Below are positions 1 through 6,775 of a DNA stretch of 32,000 bases, one piece after another (the first letter of the stretch is position 1; the number at the start of each line of letters is the position of its first letter). A program made the position numbers and the translations under genes. The notes below the pieces were generated by a model, which worked only from the letters and a program-made list of their open reading frames with translations, searched no databases and was not told the DNA's origin. The DNA comes from an uncultured Alphaproteobacteria bacterium. Its GTDB lineage: Bacteria > Pseudomonadota > Alphaproteobacteria > Rs-D84. The DNA lies in the NCBI GenBank assembly GCA_963931495.1, contig OZ007020.1, positions 480,001 to 512,000 on the forward strand. Direction: 5' to 3'.

Positions 1-1620
1 GATGCAGGAAATTTGATAAAACCGATGTTGGCGCGCGGTGAATTACACTGTTTGGGCGCAACAACACTGGATGAATATCGTCAGTATATTGAAAAAGACC
101 CGGCGTTGGCACGTCGTTTTCAACCCATATATGTTGATGAACCAACGGTTGATGACACAATATCTATATTACGTGGCTTGAAAGAAAAATACGAAGGACA
201 TCATGGTGTTCGTATTTCTGATGCAGCACTGGTGGCGGCAGTTCGTTTATCAAACCGCTATATCACAGACAGATTTTTGCCCGACAAGGCAATTGACTTG
301 ATTGATGAAGCGGCCGCACGTGTTCGTATTGAAATTGCGTCAAAGCCGGAAAAACTGGACGAAGTTGACAGACATTTGATGCAATTAAAAATAGAACAAC
401 AGGCACTGAAAAAAGAAAAAGATGAAGATTCTAAAAAGCGTTTGAAAGAATTGGACGCAATCGTCAAAGACACAGAATCTGAATCAGAAAAATTAACGGC
501 TGCATGGCGCGCAGAGCAAGAAAAAATGCGTGCATTATCTGATGCAATGGCCGCGTTGGATGCCGCCAAGGCCGAAGTTGCCACCGCTATGCGCAATGGG
601 GACTATGAAAAAGCGTCAGCATTGCAATATGGAAAAATCCCAGAACTGGAAGAAAAAATTCAAAAAATGAATGCGGAATCCAAGGAATATAAAACCGTTC
701 TGCCGGAACATATTGCCGCCGTGGTCAGCAAGTGGACCGGGGTGCCAGCCGACAAATTAAGCATGGAAGAACAATCAAAATTATTGAACATAGAAGACGA
801 ACTGCGCAAACGTGTCGTTGGTCAAGATCACGCGTTATCCGTAATTGCGCGGGCAATTCGGCGCAGTCGCGCGGGGTTGTCTGATCCGCACCGCCCATCA
901 GGCAGTTTTATGTTCTTGGGCCCAACCGGTGTTGGTAAAACCGAAGTTGCCAAGGCACTGGCAGAATATTTGTTTAATGACGAAACAGCAATGACCCGTA
1001 TTGATATGAGTGAATATATGGAACCACATTCTGTATCCCGCCTGATTGGCAGTCCCCCGGGATATGTCGGATACGAACAAGGTGGTGTATTAACCGAAAG
1101 TGTACGTCGTCGCCCATATCAAGTATTGCTGTTTGATGAAATTGAAAAAGCAAATCCAGACGTCTTCAATGTGTTCTTGCAGATATTGGACGATGGGCGT
1201 CTGACCGATGGCCAGGGTCATGTGGTGAATTTTACAAATACCATCATAATTATGACCAGCAATTTGCCTGATATGGACGCAGTGAAAAAACAGTTCCGTC
1301 CGGAATTCATAAATCGTATTGACGAAATTGTGTTCTTTAATCCATTGGGCAAAGATGTCATGGCCGGCATTGTAAAGATTCAATTGCAAAATCTGGAAAA
1401 ACGCTTGGCTGAACGGCGCATTAGTATGGAAGTATCAGACAAAGCCATTAAATGGCTGGGCGATAATGGATACGACCCTGTATTTGGTGCGCGGCCATTA
1501 AAGCGGTTAATCACGTCGGCGGTTGAAGATAAAATCGCAGATTTGATTTTATCTGGTCGTATCGGCGAAGGCAGTACTGTTTTCGTTGATGTGAACGGCA
1601 AAGATTTGGTCGTGAAATAA
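1..1620 (+). CDS. clpB: ClpB disaggregase chaperone, C-terminal ~540 aa (5' end outside window)
   Basis: Frame 1 is open from base 1 (DAGNLIKPMLARGELHCLGATTLDEYR). It shows a coiled-coil middle domain, NBD2 Walker A GPTGVGKTE, Walker B VLLFDEIEKA, and the GARPLKR sensor-2 region. Confidence 0.95.
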   Translation, partial: DAGNLIKPMLARGELHCLGATTLDEYRQYIEKDPALARRFQPIYVDEPTVDDTISILRGLKEKYEGHHGVRISDAALVAAVRLSNRYITDRFLPDKAIDLIDEAAARVRIEIASKPEKLDEVDRHLMQLKIEQQALKKEKDEDSKKRLKELDAIVKDTESESEKLTAAWRAEQEKMRALSDAMAALDAAKAEVATAMRNGDYEKASALQYGKIPELEEKIQKMNAESKEYKTVLPEHIAAVVSKWTGVPADKLSMEEQSKLLNIEDELRKRVVGQDHALSVIARAIRRSRAGLSDPHRPSGSFMFLGPTGVGKTEVAKALAEYLFNDETAMTRIDMSEYMEPHSVSRLIGSPPGYVGYEQGGVLTESVRRRPYQVLLFDEIEKANPDVFNVFLQILDDGRLTDGQGHVVNFTNTIIIMTSNLPDMDAVKKQFRPEFINRIDEIVFFNPLGKDVMAGIVKIQLQNLEKRLAERRISMEVSDKAIKWLGDNGYDPVFGARPLKRLITSAVEDKIADLILSGRIGEGSTVFVDVNGKDLVVK

Positions 1621-1621
1621 A

Positions 1622-1650
1622 ATACGGGGCGTTCGCCCCGTATTTACGTT
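1622..1650 (+). terminator. Intrinsic terminator of clpB
   Basis: A 9-bp stem ATACGGGGC/GCCCCGTAT with GTTC loop is followed by TTTACGTTT. Confidence 0.8.
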
Positions 1651-1678
1651 TGCATTTATATTTAATAAATTGTATAAT
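1650..1678 (+). promoter_or_regulatory. Sigma70-like promoter (TTGCAT-17 bp-TATAAT)
   Basis: The -35 TTGCAT is at 1650-1655 and a perfect -10 TATAAT is at 1673-1678, with a 17-bp spacer and TG just upstream of the -10. Confidence 0.4.
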
Positions 1679-1691
1679 TCCAGTTGCAGTG

Positions 1692-1814
1692 ATGTGTTGT
1701 TGCTGCGGGGCGTCACAACCTCTTATCAAGTGTCTGAGTCAAGACAAAAATATATCTCCAACCATATGGTTGGAGGGACCCTGGAATATATTGAATACAG
1801 GTCGCAATTCTTGA
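1692..1814 (+). CDS. Candidate 40-codon leader mini-ORF beginning M-C-C-C-C
   Basis: ATG TGT TGT TGC TGC opens the ORF at 1692. It reads through the palindrome and stops at TGA 1812-1814, 15 nt before box 3. The SD is weak, so this is speculative. Confidence 0.2.
   Translation: MCCCCGASQPLIKCLSQDKNISPTIWLEGPWNILNTGRNS
1756..1775 (+). promoter_or_regulatory. Perfect 20-bp palindrome CTCCAACCATATGGTTGGAG (boxes 1 and 2 of the putative attenuator)
   Basis: Read directly. In RNA it would form an 8-bp stem with an AUAU loop. Confidence 0.6.
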
Positions 1815-1828
1815 TAATTGTTGTGAAC

Positions 1829-1837
1829 CTCCAACCA
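1829..1837 (+). promoter_or_regulatory. Third CTCCAACCA box (potential antiterminator partner of 1767-1775)
   Basis: It is an exact repeat of box 1 and a perfect complement of TGGTTGGAG at 1767-1775. It overlaps the terminator left arm by 5 nt. Confidence 0.5.
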
Positions 1838-1866
1838 CTTGAAATTATTTCCGGTGGTTTTTTGTT
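1833..1866 (+). terminator. Intrinsic terminator/attenuator hairpin upstream of the small lipoprotein gene
   Basis: AACCAC(T)..GAAA-TTA-TTTC..GTGGTT gives 7 bp, a mismatch, then 4 bp. It is followed by TTTTGTT at 1860-1866. Confidence 0.55.
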
Positions 1867-1885
1867 GCAAAAATGGGGGTTAAAG

Positions 1886-2095
1886 ATGAAAAAGATATTT
1901 ATCGCCATTGTCGCGTGCATGATCTGCAATGTTGGTTGGGATAAACAACTGATAGAACAAGAGAAGCAAAAAGACTTGAAAAACAATTATGACGCTGTTA
2001 TAATGGGACTAAATAGCAAAGCGCCAGTTGAACAGGTGATAAAAATGCCGCCAACTGTGCAGCGATTAATGGAAGCGATGTCGGATAAAAAATGA
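1886..2095 (+). CDS. Small lipoprotein (69 aa); the signal peptide MKKIFIAIVAC carries a lipobox
   Basis: A GGGGG SD lies 6 nt upstream of ATG 1886. The lipobox is I-V-A-C. The N-terminal extension in the 141-aa track ORF is probably not coding. Confidence 0.5.
   Translation: MKKIFIAIVACMICNVGWDKQLIEQEKQKDLKNNYDAVIMGLNSKAPVEQVIKMPPTVQRLMEAMSDKK
1906..1940 (+). repeat. Direct repeat copy 1 (35 bp, 34/35 identical to 2936-2970)
   Basis: The sequence is CATTGtCGCGTGCATGATCTGCAATGTTGGTTGGG. The perfect core is 1912-1940. It encodes ...ACMICNVGW in frame. Confidence 0.9.
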
Positions 2096-2250
2096 AAAAA
2101 AACTTATTATGTTTATTTGGTTTTTTTCTTATAGTGGCGTTGTCACTGGGGTATGTGTCTTATAAAGATGACCAGTTGTATTCAGCGTGTATGCATAGTT
2201 TAGAAGGCTATTACACGCCAGAAGAAGCACAAATAAGGTGCATGGTATAA
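2092..2250 (+). CDS. Small (52 aa) single-TM/secreted peptide, ATGA-coupled to the upstream gene
   Basis: The sequence is MKKNLLCLFGFFLIVALSLGYVSY... The start overlaps the upstream stop (ATGA). It is below the track's 60-aa cutoff. Confidence 0.3.
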   Translation: MKKNLLCLFGFFLIVALSLGYVSYKDDQLYSACMHSLEGYYTPEEAQIRCMV

Positions 2251-2270
2251 AAAAACACATAATAAACAAG

Positions 2271-2296
2271 CCGTCCGAAAAGACGGTTTATTTATT
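2271..2296 (+). terminator. Intrinsic terminator
   Basis: CCGTC-CGAAAA-GACGG is followed by TTTATTTATT. Confidence 0.6.
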
Positions 2297-2312
2297 ACAA
2301 CAAAAACTTTTC

Positions 2313-2345
2313 TTTTACAAAAACAAACATTTTTACAAAAACAAA
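2313..2345 (+). repeat. A-rich direct repeats TTTTACAAAAACAAA x2 (18-bp period), with degenerate copies either side
   Basis: Read directly at 2313-2327 and 2331-2345. Related ACAAAAAC-type strings occur at about 2294-2307 and 2360-2373. Confidence 0.5.
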
Positions 2346-2453
2346 ATATTCCAATTTTTCCCAAAAACAAACACGCATGGGGTCGCGTGAAACAAAGTAT
2401 AACTCCGCATTTATTCGTTTAACCAAGGATTTCATATACAAAAGGAGTTTACT

Positions 2454-3491
2454 ATGGCAGGGAATCCGAACTTTGGTAACTTGTATTCTACAAGTACCGA
2501 CAATTATCTGCCGAAATTGAAAGACAACTATACGTCTATGTCGCGTTTGTTGGATTTCTTGAAAAAGGCAGGCAACATCAGAACCGAAGACGGTGGTGTT
2601 GAAATTTTGGAAAATATTGAATTTGCCGAAAACGGCGCGTACAACCGTTACGATGGTGCACAGGCGTGGAATTTGGAAAATAAAAAATTCGCAACCGCCG
2701 CATCGTATGCCCGCAAAAAAATTGCGGTCACCATGGTTGTCACCGGGTCCGAAATAATGGCCAACAGTGGTAAATCACGCAAAATTGACCTGATTGCCAG
2801 CAAGATTAAAAACGGTGCAAAAACATTGCAAAATGGTTTGGCGCACGACGTTTATTCTGATGGTACAGACGCGTTGCAAATCGGTGGTTTGCAATATTTG
2901 GTATCCGATACACCAAATACCGGTGTTGTTGGTGGCATTGACGCGTGCATGATCTGCAATGTTGGTTGGGGTGTTAATTGGATTTGTGAAATAGACCAGT
3001 GTGATAAAGGAACTTGGGCGCTAGATGATAATCCTTATAATAACCCATGTATGGTTTGCCCAGCCAACACATATCAAGATGGCTGTATTAATCCTGGTGA
3101 AGAGTGTACCCCGTGTCCCGCGGGGACCGGCACGATTGGTGATACGGCGGCCCATCACGACAGTATTGATGATTGTATTCCGATGGAAACAGAAGAAATA
3201 TCTTGTAATTCGGGATATTATTTACCCGCAAACAGTCAATCTTGCACACAATGTCCGAAAAATTCATATTGCCCTGGGGGAACATTTACCCCGACAACCG
3301 CAGATTCTGGGATAACACAATGTCCCGATAATATGTATTCACCACTGGGGTCAGATAGTGCGGATGATTGTGGGCGCGTGTTACATATTGGCGAATATAT
3401 TTTATATCTGCGCACGGCAAAACTGACCGTGCCATCACTGAATGTCAAGATTGGCAACACGATATATTACGGTGATATGTTCCCCGCGTAA
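2454..3491 (+). CDS. Chimeric ORF: phage major-capsid-like N-terminal fragment (aa 1-163, no Cys) fused to a Cys-rich C-T-x-C-P repeat domain (16 Cys in ~180 aa); probably a fusion pseudogene
   Basis: There is a strong AGGAG RBS. The N-terminus (NPNFGN...IGGLQYLVSDTPNTGVVGGID) resembles podovirus major capsid proteins as I recall them. Composition switches exactly at the 35-bp repeat. There is no signal peptide. Confidence 0.6.
   Translation: MAGNPNFGNLYSTSTDNYLPKLKDNYTSMSRLLDFLKKAGNIRTEDGGVEILENIEFAENGAYNRYDGAQAWNLENKKFATAASYARKKIAVTMVVTGSEIMANSGKSRKIDLIASKIKNGAKTLQNGLAHDVYSDGTDALQIGGLQYLVSDTPNTGVVGGIDACMICNVGWGVNWICEIDQCDKGTWALDDNPYNNPCMVCPANTYQDGCINPGEECTPCPAGTGTIGDTAAHHDSIDDCIPMETEEISCNSGYYLPANSQSCTQCPKNSYCPGGTFTPTTADSGITQCPDNMYSPLGSDSADDCGRVLHIGEYILYLRTAKLTVPSLNVKIGNTIYYGDMFPA
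2936..2970 (+). repeat. Direct repeat copy 2 (35 bp)
   Basis: The sequence is CATTGaCGCGTGCATGATCTGCAATGTTGGTTGGG, offset exactly 1030 bp from copy 1. It also encodes ACMICNVGW in frame. Confidence 0.9.
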
Positions 3492-3530
3492 TAATTAATA
3501 TCACCGCCATGGGGCCCAGGGTAAATGAAA

Positions 3531-3550
3531 AATCGCCCAATTGGACGATT
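3531..3550. terminator. Weak hairpin between convergent genes
   Basis: AATCG-C-CC AATT GG-A-CGATT is flanked by an A-run on the + strand, which is a T-run for the minus-strand ABC gene. Confidence 0.35.
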
Positions 3551-3552
3551 GA

Positions 3553-5361
3553 CTATTTCACTTGTTTTTTATCCTTGAATTGAATATCGCGCAGTTTTTT
3601 GTATTCGCCGTCCAGCGCGACCAGTTCTTCGTCTGTGCCACGTTCCACAATTTGTCCATCTTTGACAACACAAATAATATCCGCATCCAGAATCGTAGAC
3701 AGGCGGTGTGCAATAACGAACGTTGTGCGACCCTGCATCAATTTCTTTAATGCAGATTGAATTAACTTTTCACTTTGCGTATCCAATGCGGATGTTGCTT
3801 CGTCCAATAACAAAATTGGTGCATTTTTTAATATTGCACGCGCAATGGCGATTCGTTGTTTTTGGCCGCCAGACAACAATGCCCCACCTTCGCCAACACG
3901 TGATTTATATTGCCGTGGAAAGTGCATAATAAATTCATGCGCGTTTGCCGCACGGGCGGCGGCCTCTATCTGTTCGGGTGTGGCATCTGGTGACCCGTAA
4001 CGGATGTTTTCTTCAATTGTGCCATTAAACAAGAACACATCTTGGGATACATCCGCAATATTCAATCGCAGTGAATGCAACGTATAATTACGAATGTCGT
4101 TATCGTTAATTTTTATTGCACCCTGTTGTGGGTCATAAAAGCGTTCTATTAAATTCAGCATTGTTGTTTTACCACCACCTGATGGTCCAACCAATGCGCA
4201 AACTTTGCCCGCCGGTACAAACAAACTGACGTCTTTTAATATTGGTTCACCTGGATTGTATTCAAACGATACATTATCAAATTCCACAGACATTTTACCC
4301 GGCTGTAACACAACCGCATTTGGTGAATCCTGGATGTCTGGTTTGCTGTCCAAGAAATCAAATAAAACTTCGGCCGCCAACAATCCATGCTGAACCGTGT
4401 TTCCTGTTCCTGTTATGCCCTTGGCCGGTTTATATGCCGCCGTTAATGCCAACAAGAACGCCGTGAAATCACCGGTTGTAATCGCCCCAGATACAATAAA
4501 GTGTCCACCAATTAACAGCGCCATACACAGCCCAATTGAAATCATCAATTCCAATAACGGCGATTGCAGTGCCGATGCCTGGGTTCCCTTGTATGCGTTA
4601 ATCATCGCCGTATTCAACACATTATGAAAACGCTTTGATTCAACACCTTCGGTGGCAAACGATTGTATTGTCTTTATTCCACGTAATGTTTGATTCAAAT
4701 GTTGTGTCACGTTATTCGCGATACTAAACGATTCGCGGGACAATTTGCGCCGCTTGCGCATTATGATAACCAATGGCACCATGATTGCAGGAACCAAGAA
4801 TAACAGTATCGCGCACAGTTGGGGCGCATAATATATCATTAACCCAACCGTCATAATTAACGTGGCAATTTGGTGAACAGTACTGATAAGTGTGCCAGTT
4901 ACCAAATTCAACACCGCCCCAGCCTGGACACTGAAATAATTCAAATGTTTGCCAATGCCGGTTCCATAAAATTTTGATACATTCATATGAATCATATGGT
5001 CGTATATGCGTTCTTGTAATCTGGCACTGGCCAACAGCCCCGCCTTGGACATGATTAATGATTTGGCGTAATTAAATATACCCTTGAACCCGAACGCAGC
5101 AATGATTTGCAGACCAAATATCAATATGTTCTGCATGCTTTTTTCAATAAAAGCCTTGTCCACAACCTGTTGAACCAGCGTGATACTGTACGCTTCGGCG
5201 CCGGCGGCCCCAATCGTGGTCAATACACCAAACAATAACCACTTCCATTGTGGTTTACCAATTTCACGCCACACACGACCATATAACGACCATTTAATAC
5301 GAACGTTATCTTTGTCGCCATGAATAAATGTTTTTATACTTTTTACAATTTTCTTAAACAT
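3553..5361 (-). CDS. ABC exporter, fused permease/ATPase (MsbA-like)
   Basis: It has a six-TM N-terminal half, Walker A GPSGGGKTT, signature LSGGQKQR and Walker B ILLLDEATSALD. Confidence 0.9.
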   Translation of the reverse strand: MFKKIVKSIKTFIHGDKDNVRIKWSLYGRVWREIGKPQWKWLLFGVLTTIGAAGAEAYSITLVQQVVDKAFIEKSMQNILIFGLQIIAAFGFKGIFNYAKSLIMSKAGLLASARLQERIYDHMIHMNVSKFYGTGIGKHLNYFSVQAGAVLNLVTGTLISTVHQIATLIMTVGLMIYYAPQLCAILLFLVPAIMVPLVIIMRKRRKLSRESFSIANNVTQHLNQTLRGIKTIQSFATEGVESKRFHNVLNTAMINAYKGTQASALQSPLLELMISIGLCMALLIGGHFIVSGAITTGDFTAFLLALTAAYKPAKGITGTGNTVQHGLLAAEVLFDFLDSKPDIQDSPNAVVLQPGKMSVEFDNVSFEYNPGEPILKDVSLFVPAGKVCALVGPSGGGKTTMLNLIERFYDPQQGAIKINDNDIRNYTLHSLRLNIADVSQDVFLFNGTIEENIRYGSPDATPEQIEAAARAANAHEFIMHFPRQYKSRVGEGGALLSGGQKQRIAIARAILKNAPILLLDEATSALDTQSEKLIQSALKKLMQGRTTFVIAHRLSTILDADIICVVKDGQIVERGTDEELVALDGEYKKLRDIQFKDKKQVK

Positions 5362-5432
5362 GAGACATATTATAAATACAGTACATCAAACTGTCCAGAG
5401 AAAGATTAAAAAGCCCGATTTTCATTTTTAAT

Positions 5433-5461
5433 TTGACAAAATTAATAAAACCGTATAAAAT
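5433..5461 (+). promoter_or_regulatory. Sigma70-like promoter for the tRNA-Ala array/rpsU (TTGACA-17 bp-TAAAAT)
   Basis: A consensus -35 is at 5433-5438, followed by a 17-bp spacer and a -10 at 5456-5461. Confidence 0.5.
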
Positions 5462-5484
5462 CCATGGGCTTTGACGAAATTAAT

Positions 5485-5795
5485 CAAGGCAAAGTTCTGG
5501 GGTTGTAGCTCAGTTGGTAGAGGGCGGGTTGCTTTGTAACGCATGGGACGCCACACGATTGAACAGCAATCTTGACAAGGCAAAGTTCTGGGGTTGTAGC
5601 TCAGTTGGTAGAGGGCGGGTTGCTTTGTAACGCATGGGACGCCACACGATTGAACAGCAATCTTGACAAGGCAAAGTTCTGGGGTTGTAGCTCAGTTGGT
5701 AGAGGGCGGGTTGCTTTGTAACGCATGGGACGCCACACGATTGAACAGCAATCTTGACAAGGCAAAGTTCTGGGGTTGTAGCTCAGTTGGTAGAG
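5485..5795 (+). repeat. Tandem array of 3 perfect 91-bp units plus a 38-bp partial fourth unit; each unit holds the first 24 nt of tRNA-Ala
   Basis: Units start at 5485, 5576 and 5667, with a partial unit at 5758. GGGGTTGTAGCTCAGTTGGTAGAG recurs at 5499, 5590, 5681 and 5772. No mismatch was seen by eye. Confidence 0.95.
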
Positions 5796-5847
5796 CACCT
5801 GCTTTGCAAGCAGGGGGTCGTCAGTTCGAGTCTGATCAGCTCCACCA
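5772..5847 (+). tRNA. tRNA-Ala (anticodon UGC), CCA encoded
   Basis: A 76-nt cloverleaf: acceptor GGGGTTG/CAGCTCC with G3:U70, anticodon arm CCTGC-TTTGCAA-GCAGG, T-loop TTCGAGT. Confidence 0.9.
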
Positions 5848-5888
5848 GGAATTGTACAGATAAAGTGCGCAAAGGGGGTGAATAACCA

Positions 5889-6095
5889 ATGGTCAAAGTT
5901 TTGGTACGCGATAATAACGTTGAACAGGCACTGCGTGTTGCAAAACGCAAATCACAAAAAGAAGGCCTGTATCGTGAAATGAAAGAACGCCAACGTTATG
6001 AAAAGCCAACAACCAAGCGCAAGCGTTTGAAAGAAGAAGCCATTCGTAACGAAAAGAAACGTCAGTCTAAACAGCGTATGGTTTTCGGATTTTAA
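5889..6095 (+). CDS. rpsU: 30S ribosomal protein S21
   Basis: The 68-aa product has the basic [10 protein letters not shown] motif typical of S21, and an AGGGGG RBS. Confidence 0.9.
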   Translation: MVKVLVRDNNVEQALRVAKRKSQKEGLYREMKERQRYEKPTTKRKRLKEEAIRNEKKRQSKQRMVFGF

Positions 6096-6104
6096 GATTA
6101 CCAG

Positions 6105-6128
6105 TCCCGCACATGCGGGATTTTTTGT
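6105..6128 (+). terminator. Intrinsic terminator of rpsU
   Basis: A TCCCGC-ACAT-GCGGGA hairpin is followed by TTTTTTGT. Confidence 0.8.
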
Positions 6129-6147
6129 TATATTATTGCAATAATTA

Positions 6148-6156
6148 TGATATAAT
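6148..6156 (+). promoter_or_regulatory. Extended -10 promoter element TGATATAAT
   Basis: TGnTATAAT lies about 28 nt upstream of ATG 6184. Confidence 0.4.
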
Positions 6157-6183
6157 TCTTGGGTATATGAACAAGGGGTAAAT

Positions 6184-6675
6184 ATGCCAATGTCACCAGA
6201 CAAAAAACAACCAAAACAGTCCAAAACTTCACCAGCCAGCCAAAAATACACAAACATGTTTGCGGCATACGCGGCATATTGGCGTCGCGGGTTTACCGAA
6301 TGGGCCGGAACATCTTCACGTTCTGAATATTGGTGGACAGCATTGGTTAATTTTTTGATTTCTGTGATATGGGCAATAGTGATTACATCGGCTGGATTTG
6401 GCATTAATGACATTGCCGCAACAAACTTTGTTTACTCGCCAGTCGTGGATATATTAAGCATTGGATTTCTGGCATATGGAATCGTTGCATTTATACCATC
6501 ACTGTCATTGCTGGTTCGGCGGTTGCATGATGCCGGATTAAGTGCATGGTGGACGCTGTTATTTATACTGACGATATTCCCAGGTTTGGACATTGTTTGC
6601 AGTATAATCATGATGATATTTGTATTGCTGCCAACACAAAAAAGGGGGAATCCATACCATAAATTTAACAAATAA
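6184..6675 (+). CDS. DUF805-family inner-membrane protein
   Basis: GTSSRSEYWW and RRLHDAGLSAWW motifs flank the TM helices. The RBS is AAGGGG. Confidence 0.75.
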   Translation: MPMSPDKKQPKQSKTSPASQKYTNMFAAYAAYWRRGFTEWAGTSSRSEYWWTALVNFLISVIWAIVITSAGFGINDIAATNFVYSPVVDILSIGFLAYGIVAFIPSLSLLVRRLHDAGLSAWWTLLFILTIFPGLDIVCSIIMMIFVLLPTQKRGNPYHKFNK

Positions 6676-6775
6676 CATTGGCTGTTATATATAACTTGGA
6701 TTATTATATACAGCGCATAGGCAACTGCCTAATCTAAACCACCGTTTGGATTCGGCAAAAAGTGGGGGACAAAAA

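Noticed and set aside
1700-1830. Possible TPP (THI-box) riboswitch, because of GGGGCG, CUGAG and ACCCUGG strings.
   Set aside because: The pyrophosphate-sensor helix consensus (CUGG-AUAAUG-CCAGCG-like) is absent. The downstream gene also has no link to thiamine.
1670-1885. N-terminal 72 codons of the 141-aa track ORF (1670-2095).
   Set aside because: The ORF starts inside the predicted -10 element and runs through the palindrome and the terminator hairpin. A good SD plus a lipoprotein signal peptide begins at ATG 1886.
5485-5795. Regularly spaced repeats that could be mistaken for a CRISPR array.
   Set aside because: The 'spacers' are identical in every unit, so this is a simple tandem duplication. 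The repeat is tRNA-derived, and no cas genes are present.
5601-5863. Track ORFs 5601-5798 (-) and 5663-5863 (+), 65-66 aa.
   Set aside because: They lie entirely within the tRNA-derived tandem repeat and the tRNA-Ala gene. Their internally repetitive peptide sequences are artefacts of the repeat.
5952-6413. 153-aa ORF on the minus strand.
   Set aside because: It is antisense to both rpsU and the DUF805 gene, spans the rpsU terminator, and has no recognisable motif.
6746-6775. TTG start at 6746 for the Cys-rich protein.
   Set aside because: ATG 6776 is preceded by a GTGGGGGA SD and gives a standard signal peptide. The extension adds only a hydrophilic decapeptide.
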